A DNA stretch of 64,000 nucleotides from Candidatus Poribacteria bacterium (GCA_965242965.1 OZ251518.1:3104001-3168000); one strand, 5' to 3'; shown: positions 51,054 through 61,341, counted from the stretch's first letter. Notes: generated by a model not told the origin, from the sequence alone. Numbers and translations: made by a program.

Positions 51054-51355
51054 GGTAGGAGAGACCTCCCGGTCTCGATGCAACCTCCCGTTTTCACCGT
51101 AGCGCGGGGGCCTGTCCCCCGCGATCGTCCATCGTCAAGATACCCTCTTAGGTCCTTTAGGACCTTAATGTCTATAGAAACCCGTTGTCGTTCCATTTTC
51201 AAGGTCCTTTAGGTCCTTAATAAAAAGCAGGCGGCGAGTCAAAGCCTATTAAGGATCTAAAGACCCTTAGTATTCTTCGCAGGCGCGCGAGCTATAGACA
51301 TTAAGGTCCTACGGACCTAAAGAGAAGGCGAGGGCCTGTCCCTCGCCCTACGGTG
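51054..51355. repeat. Composite REP + aggtcctt(a/t) element, direct-repeat copy 1
   Basis: Near-identical to 55473-55808; part of it recurs inverted at about 9590-9670. Confidence 0.85.
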
Positions 51356-51364
51356 AAGGGAGAC

Positions 51365-52057
51365 TTAGGTCTCCTGCGTACCGTCCGTGCCATTATTCGG
51401 CGGCGGTTCGTCAAACGGTTCGCCATTTTCCGCGGCGGCGATACGGCGTTCATACCAATTAAGCCATGCATCCCGTTCATCGCGGAGGTTTTCCACGATG
51501 TTGAGATGATTGCCATTAGGCATAGGTTCATCGAAACGTTCGCCATTTTCCGCGGCAGCGATGCGGCGTTCGTTCCACGCCTGCTGTTCTTCGCGTTCGG
51601 CTTGGAACTGCGCGATGGTCTCGGCAGCGACGCGCGCTTCTTCTTCCGCAGCGCGTATCGCCTCTTCTGCGACGAGTCTCGCTTCTTCAGCGACTCGCTG
51701 TCCTTCTTGTGCCTCGCGAATGAGTCCGTCGCGCCATTCGCGATACTTGTCATGAATCATCATCAGAATAGCTCCTGTATGGATAGCGCAAAACATGAGG
51801 AACATCACGCCGCCGCTCACGGCTAGGAGGTGGACAGCAGCACTGCCGATAATCTCGGCGGGATGTTTGTCATACTTTACGACAAAGATAAAATACCAAG
51901 CGATATAAGCATCCATCACTAACGAATAGATGGGCGAAGTCACGCGCCACCAGCTCTGCTTGATGCCGAGGAAGTTGACGATTTTCTCCTCAACGTCCTT
52001 CTCCTCTGCATCGTTTGCTGGTGGCGTGTCGGGTTTATTTCGTGTGTTCAAAGTCAC
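51365..52057 (-). CDS. 2-TM family protein with internal RBS/ATG (51763)
   Basis: VNFLGIKQSWW head, two TMs, AGGAG-8-ATGATG and two copies of W.ERRIAAAENGE.FDEP.P. Confidence 0.8.
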   Translation of the reverse strand: MTLNTRNKPDTPPANDAEEKDVEEKIVNFLGIKQSWWRVTSPIYSLVMDAYIAWYFIFVVKYDKHPAEIIGSAAVHLLAVSGGVMFLMFCAIHTGAILMMIHDKYREWRDGLIREAQEGQRVAEEARLVAEEAIRAAEEEARVAAETIAQFQAEREEQQAWNERRIAAAENGERFDEPMPNGNHLNIVENLRDERDAWLNWYERRIAAAENGEPFDEPPPNNGTDGTQET

Positions 52058-52138
52058 TCCTTCTTCTCTGGCGTGAGGGCCCCTGTCCCGCGCCGGGCGG
52101 CATGCAACACTGCAGCGCGACGCGGGACACGTCTCACC

Positions 52139-52810
52139 TTACAAGGCATCGGGGCCGTTGGTGCCGTTGTTGGGTGGCGGTTCGTCAAATGGTTCGCCAT
52201 TTTCGGCGGCAGCGATGCGGCGTTCATACCAATTAAGCCATGCATCCCGTTCATCGCGTAGGTTTTCCACGATGTTGAGATGATTGCCATTAGGCATGGG
52301 TTCATCGAAACGTTCGCCGTTTTCGGCGGCGGCGATGCGGCGTTCGTTCCATGCGGTGATCTGCGCGATAGTCTCGGCGGCGACGCGCACCTCTTCTTCC
52401 GCAGCGCGTCTCGCTTCAGATTCGGCGAGTCTCGCTTCTTCAGCGACTCGCTGTCCTTCTTGTGCCTCGCGAATGAGTCCGTCGCGCCATTCGCGATACT
52501 TGTCATGAATCATCATAAAAATAGCTCCTGTATGGATGGCGCAGAACATGAGGAACATCATGCCGCCGCTCACCGCTAACAGGTGGACAGCCGCACTGCC
52601 GATAATCTCGGCAGGATGTTTGTCATATTTCACGACAAAAATAAAATACCAAGCGATATAAGCATCCATCACCAACGAATAGATGGGCGAAGTCACGCGC
52701 CACCAACTCTGCTTGATGCCGAGGAAGTTGACGATTTTCTCCTCAACGTCCTTCTCCTCTACATCGTTTGCCGGCGGCGTGTCGGGTTTGTTTTGTTTAT
52801 TCAAAGTCAC
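52139..52810 (-). CDS. 2-TM family protein with internal RBS/ATG (52516)
   Basis: GTG start after AAGGAG; near-identical paralog with a different coil length. Confidence 0.8.
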   Translation of the reverse strand: MTLNKQNKPDTPPANDVEEKDVEEKIVNFLGIKQSWWRVTSPIYSLVMDAYIAWYFIFVVKYDKHPAEIIGSAAVHLLAVSGGMMFLMFCAIHTGAIFMMIHDKYREWRDGLIREAQEGQRVAEEARLAESEARRAAEEEVRVAAETIAQITAWNERRIAAAENGERFDEPMPNGNHLNIVENLRDERDAWLNWYERRIAAAENGEPFDEPPPNNGTNGPDAL

Positions 52811-52964
52811 TAACTCCTTAGACTGTCGTCTGTTGTAAGGCGAGGGATACCTGTCCCTCCATGTTACGACTCTACTTAACATTTTACACGATGGGACAGA
52901 AAAATGTCAAGGGACATCCGTGTGCCGCCCGGAGAGATTCCGTTTTTCCCTTTAGGCGCGTCTT

Positions 52965-53165
52965 CCCTGGTCTCGATGTTCCCGTAGCGCGGGGGCCTGT
53001 CCCCCGCGATCGTTCGGTAACCCGCAGCATGGCGAGGGACAGGCCCTCGCCCTACGGTGACGTGGCGTTTTTTTTCGTAACGCGCGCCGTTTTTTTTTCG
53101 TAGCGCGGGGGCCTGTCCCCCGCGTTGGCCATCGTCATAGGAGAGCCCTCCCTGTCTCGATTCTA
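52965..53165. repeat. REP cluster
   Basis: gtagcgcgggggcctgtcccccgcg, ggcgagggacaggccctcgccctac and gagagccctccctgtctcga. Confidence 0.85.
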
Positions 53166-53171
53166 GCGAGA

Positions 53172-53495
53172 CTAATCTACAGTTGGCGTGCCGGATGCGA
53201 CATTCGGCACGTTCTTTGGCCGGCTTTCCTCAACAAAATCGGAGAAAACCGCGACTGACACGGGATGCTTCTTCTCCGTGCTCAGGCGCAGGCGTTTCAG
53301 ACGTTCAATTGCATGCAGCGTGCGCGCCGTTAGATAACTCTCCCCACATTCGGTGCAGCTCATCACAGGCACATCTTTAATGACGAAGCGCGCCTCGTCT
53401 TTGCCGTAGCTGCGTGAGACATAACGTTGGCGGATGCCTTCTTTCCCGCACATATCACATATCATTGGTTGGCTCCTTGTTGCTTTATTTGACAT
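53172..53495 (-). CDS. YgiT-type zinc finger protein (MqsA-like antitoxin)
   Basis: CDMCG...VIKDVPVMSCTECGESY. Confidence 0.85.
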   Translation of the reverse strand: MSNKATRSQPMICDMCGKEGIRQRYVSRSYGKDEARFVIKDVPVMSCTECGESYLTARTLHAIERLKRLRLSTEKKHPVSVAVFSDFVEESRPKNVPNVASGTPTVD

Positions 53496-53766
53496 AAACG
53501 GTAATGATAACTAATACCCCTGTGAACGTGAACTTCGTCACGACAACGGCGATTTCAGCACCGAGCGTTTGTCCCTCCACAACATACTTCCATTCATCAG
53601 ACTGCCGGTCCTTCTGCCGGTCAGTGATTTTTCCAGTGAGAAGGGCTTGTTCCACGTCAAAAATTGTGAGTCCATCGTTCTCCATTTCCACAAAAGCGTG
53701 GTGCGTCATGATGTATGCGAGAGTGTGGACTTGCTCGTGAATTCGCTTGAGTGTTTGTTCAAACAT
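53485..53766 (-). CDS. DUF4258 protein (putative RelE/MqsR-like toxin)
   Basis: THHAFVEMENDGLTIFDVEQALLTG...KYVVEG...LVIITVY; overlaps the zinc-finger gene. Confidence 0.82.
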   Translation of the reverse strand: MFEQTLKRIHEQVHTLAYIMTHHAFVEMENDGLTIFDVEQALLTGKITDRQKDRQSDEWKYVVEGQTLGAEIAVVVTKFTFTGVLVIITVYVK

Positions 53767-53873
53767 AAGCGAGGTAGATCCCTGCAGTGTGATGGGGGAA
53801 CAGCCCCTGTCGTCGGGGTTGCAGCCTCCCCCCGTGCATCCGGTGCATGAGGGAGGCTGTTCCCCGGCGATGT

Positions 53874-54560
53874 TTAGCTGCCGTTCGTTCCGTCGGTGCC
53901 GTTATTAGGCGGCGGTTCGTCGAAAGGTTCGCCATTTTCCGCGGCAGCGATTCGGCGTTCATACCAATTAAGCCATGCATCCCGTTCATCGCGCAAGGTT
54001 TCCACGATGTTGAGATGATTGCCATTAGGCATGGGTTCATCGAAACGTTCGCCGTTTTCCGCGGCGGCGATGCGGCGTTCGTTCCACGCTGCAATCTGCG
54101 CGATAGTCTCGGCGGCGGCGCGCGTTTCTGCTTCCGCTGCAAGTCTCGCCGCTTCCTCAGCAAGTCTCGCTTCCTCTGAAACGAGTATCGCTTCTTCGGC
54201 GACTCGCTGTCCTTCTTGTGCCTCGCGAATGAGTCCATCGCGCCATTCGCGATACTTGTCATGAATCATCATAAAAATAGCTCCTGTATGGATAGCGCAA
54301 AACATGAGGAACATCATGCCGCCGCTCACCGCTAACAGGTGGACAGCCGCACTGCCGATAATCTCGGCGGGATGTTTGTCATATTTCACGACAAAGATAA
54401 AATACCAAGCGATATAAGCATCCATCACTAACGAATAGATGGGCGAAGTCACGCGCCACCAACTCTGCTTGATGCCGAGGAAGTTGACGATTTTCTCCTC
54501 AACGTCCTTCTCCTCTGCATCGTTTGCCGGTGGCGTGTCGGGTTTGTTTTGAGTATTCAA
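53874..54560 (-). CDS. 2-TM family protein with internal RBS/ATG (54272)
   Basis: Paralog of 51365 and 52139, with extra AEEAARL repeats. Confidence 0.8.
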   Translation of the reverse strand: MNTQNKPDTPPANDAEEKDVEEKIVNFLGIKQSWWRVTSPIYSLVMDAYIAWYFIFVVKYDKHPAEIIGSAAVHLLAVSGGMMFLMFCAIHTGAIFMMIHDKYREWRDGLIREAQEGQRVAEEAILVSEEARLAEEAARLAAEAETRAAAETIAQIAAWNERRIAAAENGERFDEPMPNGNHLNIVETLRDERDAWLNWYERRIAAAENGEPFDEPPPNNGTDGTNGS

Positions 54561-54644
54561 AGTTACTCCTTCTGTGGCAGTCGTCGGGGTGCCAGCCTCC
54601 CCCGTGCATTCCGGTGCATGAGGGAGGCTGTTTCCCGGCGGTGT

Positions 54645-55319
54645 TTAGCGGCCGTTCGTACCGTCGGTGTCATTATTCGGCGGCGGTTCGTCAAACGGTT
54701 CGCCTTGGCGTGCGGCAGCGATACGACGTTCAAACCACGCGAGATAGTCGGCTTGTTCCTGCTCCAACTGCGCCACGATATCAATCGGGTGTCCGTTGGG
54801 CATGGGTTCGTCGAAGCGTTCGCCATCTTCTTGCGCGCGGAGTCGGCGTTCGTTCCACGCCTGCTGCGCCTCGCGTTCGGTTTGTAGCTGCGCGATGGTC
54901 TCAGCAGCGGTGCGCACTGCTTCTTCTGCTGTGCGCGCTGCTTCTTCAGCGGCAAGTCTCGCCGCTTCGGAGGTGCGGACGCTCTCTTCAAGTGCCCGCC
55001 GGCGCGCCGATAACTTATTTCGATACCATTCATGTAACATCATGGTTAAAACTCCTAAGTGTATGCCGGCGATCATCGCCAGCATCGTTAACCCGCTAAC
55101 AGCGAGCATGTGAACCGCGAAACTGTGAATCATATCACTGACGCGGCCTTCCCTATCTAACTGAAAAGCGATATACCACGCACCATACAGCACCATCAGC
55201 ACCGCATGGATAATGGAAGTAGTTTGCCACCAACTCTGTTTGATGCCGAGGACATTAACAATCTTTTCTTCCTCGCGTGCGGGTGGCGTGTCGGGTTTAT
55301 TTCGTGTATTCAAAGTCAC
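54645..55319 (-). CDS. 2-TM family protein with internal RBS/ATG (55043), diverged paralog
   Basis: VNVLGIKQSWW head and AGGAG-8-ATGATG. Promoter TTGACA-18-TAAAAT at 55392-55421 (duplicated at 52881-52910). Confidence 0.8.
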   Translation of the reverse strand: MTLNTRNKPDTPPAREEEKIVNVLGIKQSWWQTTSIIHAVLMVLYGAWYIAFQLDREGRVSDMIHSFAVHMLAVSGLTMLAMIAGIHLGVLTMMLHEWYRNKLSARRRALEESVRTSEAARLAAEEAARTAEEAVRTAAETIAQLQTEREAQQAWNERRLRAQEDGERFDEPMPNGHPIDIVAQLEQEQADYLAWFERRIAAARQGEPFDEPPPNNDTDGTNGR

Positions 55320-55472
55320 TAGCTCCTTAGACTGTCGTCTGTTGTGAGGCGAGGGATACCTGTCCCTCCATGTGACGACACTCTACTTAACATTTTACAC
55401 GATGGAAACGAAAAATGTCAAGGCAAATTCCACAAGATACAGCGTGAGGCTGGTAGATTGCGCTTGACTGAA

Positions 55473-55920
55473 GGTAGGAGAGACCTCCCGGTCTCGATGC
55501 ATTCGTTCTCAATTGGCCCGTAGCGCGGGGGCCTGTCCCCCGCGATCGTTCGTCGTCAAGATGCCCTCTTAGGTCCTTTAGGACCTTAATGTCTATAGCA
55601 ACCCGTTGTCGTTCCATTTTCAAGGTCCTTTAGGTCCTTAATAAAAACACGCGGCGTGTCAAAGTCTATTAAGGACCTAAAGGACCTTAGTGTTCTTCGC
55701 AGGCGGCGTGCTATAGACATTCAGGACCTAAAGGACCTAAAGAGAGCAAGAGACGTTTTTGTTCGTCGCGCGGATGCTGGCGAGGGACAGGCCCTCGCCC
55801 TACGGTGACGTGGCGTTTTTTTTCATAACGCACGCCGTTTTTTTATCGTAGCGCGGGGGCCTGTCCCCCGCGATCGTTCCGGGAGGGAAGAATCGAGACC
55901 AGGAGGTCTCGCCTACGGGA
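55473..55920. repeat. Composite REP + aggtcctt(a/t) element, direct-repeat copy 2, plus further REPs
   Basis: Matches 51054-51355. Confidence 0.85.
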
Positions 55921-56036
55921 GGAGAAGACGATAAGATTCGCATCGGTGCCAAGCGGCCCGAATCTTGAAAATCTTGCTAATCTTGTATAATCTTGTAAAT
56001 CCTGCTTCAAATCCTGCTCGCTAATCCTGCTCGCGT

Positions 56037-57800
56037 TTAGTCCTCACACGCACCGCATTTCCGGCAAACTGACGTATCACACTCACTCGTCATGAAGCCT
56101 TTCTCATGCTTGTGGAACTCTAATTGCAAGAATTGGGGTTTGACATTCAGATCGAGGTGGGACCAAGGGCTAATTTCATGGAGGGAACGCTGACGGAGGG
56201 CATAAAAATCGGGGGCTAAGCCGTGCTGACGGAACGCTTGATTCCACGACGCACCGCGCGCCAAGGATAAAATCACCTTGCCAAGCCGCCGGTCTCCACG
56301 GGCGAAGACCGCCTCTTGATGCGCCATTCGCGCACTCGCAGAACCAACTTTGATACTGCCGAGTTGGTTAATTTCGCGCTTCAAGAAATCAAGTTTCCGC
56401 GCGATAGTCTTCGGGGGTTCCATCGCTACCCACTGGAAAGGGGTTTGCGGTTTCGGCACCATCGGCGAGATGGTGAAACTGATGCGTCCCATTCTCCCAG
56501 TCTGCTTCGCATAGGGGAGGAGAATGCTACGCATCTCTTTCGCCATGTCGGCGATGGCATGCACATCTGCCGGTGTCTCACCCGGCACGCCGATAAGGAA
56601 ATAGAGGCGCAGGTTGAGGATATCGCGCTTCAATGCCTCTTCAAAAACATAGTAAAGGCGTTCGCGCGGGATGGCTTTGTTCACGACCTTTTGTAGATGC
56701 TCGGTTGCAACTTCAGGCGCAATAGTAATCGTGCCTTGCTCACTATCGGCGAGGGCATCGAGCAGCGGCGCGCGCACCGTCTCCGCACGGAGCGAAGCAC
56801 AGGAGATACGAAAGCCGCGTTCAACTAAACCACTGGCAATCTGATCGATCTGGGGATGGTCCGAAATGGAGGCACCGACTAAGCCGATTCTGTCGGTAAT
56901 GCCGCGAGCGCGTTCCGCCAGTGCCAGCGTGTTCTCGACGGTGCGATGTCTCGGCCAGCGGCGCGCGTAATCGGCGACGCAGAAACGGCACTGTCGCCCA
57001 CAGCCGCGCACAATTTCAATCAGATGCGCGTTGGAAAACTCGGTGTGCGGGGTATGGATTTGCGTGCAGGTTGGAACATCGTCTAGTTTCGGCACCGCGG
57101 CGGCTTGGATGGGGAGTGGTGCATCGGCATCGTGCGCGGGCGAGACCGCGTTAATCGTGCCATCGTCGTGATAGGTAACGTCATAGAAACTCGGTACATA
57201 AAGCCCTGGCACCGTTGCGAGGGTTTCCAGCAATTCGCTCTTCGGTGCGCCGCTCTGTTTCCACGCGTCAAAATGCGCCATCAATTCGTGGATAATCAAC
57301 TCCGCCTCGCCGACGACGAAGACATCAACGAAATCGGCGATGGGTTCGGGGTTATAGGAGATGTTAATGCCGCCGGCGATGACGAGCGGCTCCCAGTCAG
57401 AACGTTCCTCGGCGATGGGTGGGATGTTGGCGAACTCCAGCGTGCGCGGGATGTTCACGTAATCGGATTCAAAGGAGACAGAAAATCCGATGATGTCAAA
57501 CTGATTGAGCGGTGTTTGCGTCTCAAAAGAGAAGAGCGGCGTTTTTTGCGCGACGAGTTTGCGCAGATAGTTTGTCTCTGGCACGAAAGCGCGCTCGCAG
57601 GAGGTATCGGCGCGCCCGTTGAGCGTGGCATAGATAACCTGCACGCCGAGGCTGGACATGCCGAGTTCGTAGGTGCTCGGATAGACAAGCGCGAATCGGT
57701 TGCGTTTCCGGAATTGCCCGCGCGGTTGGTTTTCGTGTTCCTGCTGATAAAGGTGTTGGTAATGTTTTTGTAAATTCAAGGTTCTGCTCCAGTGTTGCAT
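56037..57800 (-). CDS. Radical SAM protein (uncharacterised, B12-binding-like N-terminal region)
   Basis: YPSTYELGMSSLG, CERAF, EIVRGCGRQCRFC (CxxxCxxC), TIAPE, PKPQTPFQW and C-terminal C...C..CG.C. Start may be TTG 57779. Confidence 0.88.
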   Translation of the reverse strand: MQHWSRTLNLQKHYQHLYQQEHENQPRGQFRKRNRFALVYPSTYELGMSSLGVQVIYATLNGRADTSCERAFVPETNYLRKLVAQKTPLFSFETQTPLNQFDIIGFSVSFESDYVNIPRTLEFANIPPIAEERSDWEPLVIAGGINISYNPEPIADFVDVFVVGEAELIIHELMAHFDAWKQSGAPKSELLETLATVPGLYVPSFYDVTYHDDGTINAVSPAHDADAPLPIQAAAVPKLDDVPTCTQIHTPHTEFSNAHLIEIVRGCGRQCRFCVADYARRWPRHRTVENTLALAERARGITDRIGLVGASISDHPQIDQIASGLVERGFRISCASLRAETVRAPLLDALADSEQGTITIAPEVATEHLQKVVNKAIPRERLYYVFEEALKRDILNLRLYFLIGVPGETPADVHAIADMAKEMRSILLPYAKQTGRMGRISFTISPMVPKPQTPFQWVAMEPPKTIARKLDFLKREINQLGSIKVGSASARMAHQEAVFARGDRRLGKVILSLARGASWNQAFRQHGLAPDFYALRQRSLHEISPWSHLDLNVKPQFLQLEFHKHEKGFMTSECDTSVCRKCGACED

Positions 57801-57859
57801 CGAGACCGGGAGGTTTCGCCTAGTTGCATCGAGACCAGGAGGGCTCTCCTACCGGGGTT

Positions 57860-58273
57860 TCAGAGTTGGTATTCTGTGCGTTCGCCGCCGTGTGCGGGAT
57901 TATGGATGAGTCCCTCTGTGACACTCACATCCAGGTCTACGAGTTCCATCACCATGTGTCCGACGAGCGCGGGGACGCTGTCCGGGACGCTGCTTATCTC
58001 AATGATGCCTTTTCTGCCCAGCACCGTAAATTGGACAGGCGAATAAAGCGTTCGTGTGACAATGCCGTTCGTGGTGTGGACGAGTGTTGTATCGGTAGGT
58101 GTCAAGCCGAGGCTGTCAACTATCGATTGCGGCAAGGAGAGGCGCGTCGCCCCGGTATCGACAATCGCGCCTTTAATGGTAACCTGCCGAACCTCGTCGG
58201 GTTTGATATTGCCGGCTTCAGCCAAAACCAGGTCTTTCAGGTTTGCGACGTGAATGGTGGTTTTGTGTTGCAT
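57860..58273 (-). CDS. Clan AA aspartic protease, copy 2
   Basis: AIVDTGATRLSLP and PALVG. Confidence 0.85.
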   Translation of the reverse strand: MQHKTTIHVANLKDLVLAEAGNIKPDEVRQVTIKGAIVDTGATRLSLPQSIVDSLGLTPTDTTLVHTTNGIVTRTLYSPVQFTVLGRKGIIEISSVPDSVPALVGHMVMELVDLDVSVTEGLIHNPAHGGERTEYQL

Positions 58274-58338
58274 CGTTTTATCTCCTATAAATCGGAATTG
58301 CGAGCGCGGTTGATTTTCGTGCTCCTGCTGATAGTGTT

Positions 58339-58752
58339 TCAGAGTTGGTATTCTGTGCGTTCGCCGCCGTGTGCGGGATTATGGATGAGTCCCTCTGTGA
58401 CACTCACATCCAAGTCTACCAGTCCCATCACCGTGTACCCGACGAGCGCGGGGACGCTGTCCGGGACGCTGCTCACCTCAATGATGCCTTTCCTGTCAAG
58501 CACCGTAAATTGGACAGGCGAATAAAGCGTTCTCGTGACAACGCCGTTCGTGGTGTGGACGAGCGTTGTATCGGTAGGTGTCAAGCCGAGGCTATCAACT
58601 ATCGATTGCGGCAAGGAGAGGCGCGTCGCGCCAGTGTCGACAATTGCGCCTTTAATGGTAACCTGCCGAACCTCGTCGGGTTTGATATTGCCGAGTTCTG
58701 CCGCGACCAGGTCTTCATGATTTGCGACGTGAATGGTTGTTTTGTGTTGCAT
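58339..58752 (-). CDS. Clan AA aspartic protease, copy 1
   Basis: Near-identical 137-aa tandem duplicate. Confidence 0.85.
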   Translation of the reverse strand: MQHKTTIHVANHEDLVAAELGNIKPDEVRQVTIKGAIVDTGATRLSLPQSIVDSLGLTPTDTTLVHTTNGVVTRTLYSPVQFTVLDRKGIIEVSSVPDSVPALVGYTVMGLVDLDVSVTEGLIHNPAHGGERTEYQL

Positions 58753-58774
58753 CGTTTTATCTCCAGTTGATGTG

Positions 58775-59060
58775 CCGTAGCGCGAGGGCCTGTCCCTCGC
58801 GATCGTAAATACCGCCCCCGGCCCCGTAGGGCGAGGGCCTGTCCCTCGCGATCGTTGTGTTGTGAAGAGCGTTTTCCTCGACCGATGCATGGCGGGGGAC
58901 AGGCCCCCGCCCTACGGTATATTGGAGGTTTCTTGTCCCTCGCGATCGTAAAGAACGCCGTCGTTTCCGTAGCGCGAGGGCCTGTCCCTCGCGATCGTTG
59001 GGTTATGAAAGCCGTTTTCCTCGACCGAGGCATGGCGGGGGACAGGCCCCCGCCCTACGT
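58775..59060. repeat. REP cluster
   Basis: gtag(c/g)gcgagggcctgtccctcgcg and ggcgggggacaggcccccgccctac copies. Confidence 0.85.
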
Positions 59061-59071
59061 CCACAACTCAG

Positions 59072-60397
59072 CTATTTCTCTGTCTTCCCGGAGCTCCCTT
59101 TCTGCACGCGCAAGAAGGCAGGGATATCCCAATCCGTCTCGCCACGGTTTCTGCGGTTCGCCGCGCGAGGAGCAGGAGTTTCCTCAGCAGCCGGTGCGGC
59201 TCTGCGAGCCCGTGTCGGTGCCGGTTCCGCTGCAGGCTGTGCAGGCGCGCCGCGTGCCGGAAGCCCGGCACTCGCGCGTCCCGGACGCGTCCGAGTCTGG
59301 GCTGCTTTGCCCTGCCGGTTGCCAGGAATATGTGAACCAGGCATCGGCGTTCTACGCGGGTCTGCGTATGCCTCCGGTTCGCTGTATTGCCTGCCACCCG
59401 GTGCGGATACCCTCGCATCGCTGCGCAAATCCACCGAATCAAACCCGGTTGCGATGACGGTGACCAGCACTTCATCGCCGAGTTCCATGGCATCTCTGTA
59501 GACAAGCCCGAAGATAATCTGCGCATCGGTAGCGGCTTCTTGGATTACCTGCATCGCCTCATCCAATTCATGCATCATGAAATCGGGGGGTGACGTGATG
59601 TTGACTATCATGCCGTATGCCCCGGTGATGTCTGTCTCTTCAAGGAGCGGCGAGGAGATGGCTTGCTGCGCGGCGATTTGCGCGCGGTTATCCCCGGTGG
59701 CACGCCCCATGCCCATCAGCGCGCTGCCCGCATCCCGCATGATAGATTCCACATCGGCGAAGTCAACGTTAATCTCACCCGACTCCGTAATGATATCCGA
59801 GATACTCTGAACGCCGTGGAGCAAAATCTGGTCTCCGACGCGGAGTGCCTCCTGAATCGGCAGTTTTCTATCCATCGCGTCCATCAACCGTTGGTTCGGC
59901 ACGACGATGACAGAATCAGCAGATGTGCGGAGCTCCTCAAGACCGGTTTCGGCTTGTTCGGCGCGTCGCATTCCCTCAAAATTAAAAGGACGCGTGACAA
60001 CCCCGATGGTGAGCGCGCCGCGTTCGCGCGCGAGGGATGCAATAAGCGGTGCCGCGCCGGTGCCGGTGCCGCCGCCCATCCCAGCGGTGACGAACACCAT
60101 GTTCGCATCCTCAACGATTTCCTCAAGATGCTCCCGGTCTTCTTCCGCCGCTCTGCGTCCGACATCCGGATTCGCGCCGGCACCAAGGCCGTTCGTGGTG
60201 TTAATCCCGATCTGGAGTTGCGTCGCGCCGTGGCACGTCTTCAACGCCTGATGGTCTGTGTTGACAGCATAGAATTCGATGCCCGCCAAACCGGCTTCAA
60301 TCATGCGCTTGACTGCGTTTCCGCCTGCGCCGCCGACACCGATAACCTTAATTTTCGCTCGCAGATCGCCAAATTCTTCTTGTTCAAATTCAATCAT
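59072..60397 (-). CDS. ftsZ: Cell division protein FtsZ
   Basis: [31 protein letters not shown] and C-terminal WDIPAFLR. Start uncertain (60397-60460). Confidence 0.97.
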   Translation of the reverse strand: MIEFEQEEFGDLRAKIKVIGVGGAGGNAVKRMIEAGLAGIEFYAVNTDHQALKTCHGATQLQIGINTTNGLGAGANPDVGRRAAEEDREHLEEIVEDANMVFVTAGMGGGTGTGAAPLIASLARERGALTIGVVTRPFNFEGMRRAEQAETGLEELRTSADSVIVVPNQRLMDAMDRKLPIQEALRVGDQILLHGVQSISDIITESGEINVDFADVESIMRDAGSALMGMGRATGDNRAQIAAQQAISSPLLEETDITGAYGMIVNITSPPDFMMHELDEAMQVIQEAATDAQIIFGLVYRDAMELGDEVLVTVIATGFDSVDLRSDARVSAPGGRQYSEPEAYADPRRTPMPGSHIPGNRQGKAAQTRTRPGRASAGLPARGAPAQPAAEPAPTRARRAAPAAEETPAPRAANRRNRGETDWDIPAFLRVQKGSSGKTEK

Positions 60398-60509
60398 GTC
60401 TGGTTTCGGTTGCGCTTGCGGTGCAACCTCATTCCTCCTGTTGTGTGCCTTAATAGGCACGCTTTGACTTTTTTCCGTTGGCTCCTACCTATATAATACC
60501 GATTTTCTT

Positions 60510-60725
60510 TTCTGTAGTTTCTCCTACTGGCTCATCGAGACCAGGAGGTCTCGCCTACCGCGGGGAGTCGAGACCAGGAGGTCTCGCCTACCGGGCGTGC
60601 ATCGAGACCAGGAGGTCTCGCCTACTGGTGCATCGCGACACTGTAGTTCGGGAGCACCTGCTCCCGAAACGGACGCGGAGGAGTCTCTCCTACGGGGCAG
60701 CATGGCATCCGAGGGCCCGCCTATA
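60510..60725. repeat. REP cluster
   Basis: Three copies of tcgagaccaggaggtctcgcctac plus gtagttcgggagcacctgctcccg. Confidence 0.85.
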
Positions 60726-60766
60726 ATAACATCACGATGAAATTAAGTCAATAGGAGCAGTTGGAA

Positions 60767-61141
60767 CTACTCATCATTCTGTGCCGCGGCGTTGCGATTC
60801 TCGGCGGGAGTGGGTTCGGTGAAGTCCTCGCCGGCGGCTTCCGCAGCCTTCCGACGATTATACCATTCCACCCATTCACGATTCGCAAGTTCCCAGCCGA
60901 TGGCACCGCCGAGTTTCCTACTGAGTTCTCTGCTGCGTGCTTCGCCGAGCTCCCTAGCAAGTTCTCTGTCGATTGCTTCCCCGATTGCCTCGCCGAGTTC
61001 CCTGCCGCGTGCCTCGCCGAGTTCCGTAGCGAGTTTCCAGCTGATAGCCTCGCCGATAGTCTCGCCGCGGCCATCGCGGCGTGCTTCGCGCCTCCGCCTC
61101 CGCTCCTTAATCTGTTCCATCACCAAATCATACAAAATCAT
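60767..61141 (-). CDS. Stand-alone C-terminal module of the 2-TM family (124 aa, expanded GEAIGRELA repeats)
   Basis: MILYDLVMEQIKERR...WVEWYNRRKAAEAAGEDFTEPTP; ATGA-coupled to the upstream ORF. Confidence 0.75.
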   Translation of the reverse strand: MILYDLVMEQIKERRRRREARRDGRGETIGEAISWKLATELGEARGRELGEAIGEAIDRELARELGEARSRELSRKLGGAIGWELANREWVEWYNRRKAAEAAGEDFTEPTPAENRNAAAQNDE

Positions 61142-61341
61142 TTGTCGTCCGGTGCGCCGTTGCGCTTCTCAGCGGGATTGGGTTCGGTGAAGTCCTCGCC
61201 GGCGGCTTCCGCAGCCTTCCGACGAGCCTCCCATTCCACCCACTTGCGTCGCTCAAGTTTTATGCCGATTTCCTTGCCGCGTTCCTCGCGCTTTCGCTGC
61301 CGCTCCTCAATCTGTTCCTTGACCAAACCATACAAAATCAT
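61138..61341 (-). CDS. Stand-alone C-terminal module of the 2-TM family (67 aa)
   Basis: MILYGLVKEQIEERQ...WVEWEARRKAAEAAGEDFTEPNP; ATGA-coupled. Confidence 0.75.
   Translation of the reverse strand: MILYGLVKEQIEERQRKREERGKEIGIKLERRKWVEWEARRKAAEAAGEDFTEPNPAEKRNGAPDDK

Noticed and set aside
51365-55319. Diversity-generating retroelement or integron explanation for the paralog arrays
   Set aside because: There is no reverse transcriptase or integrase in the window, the differences are not adenine-specific, and no attC-like sites were recognised.
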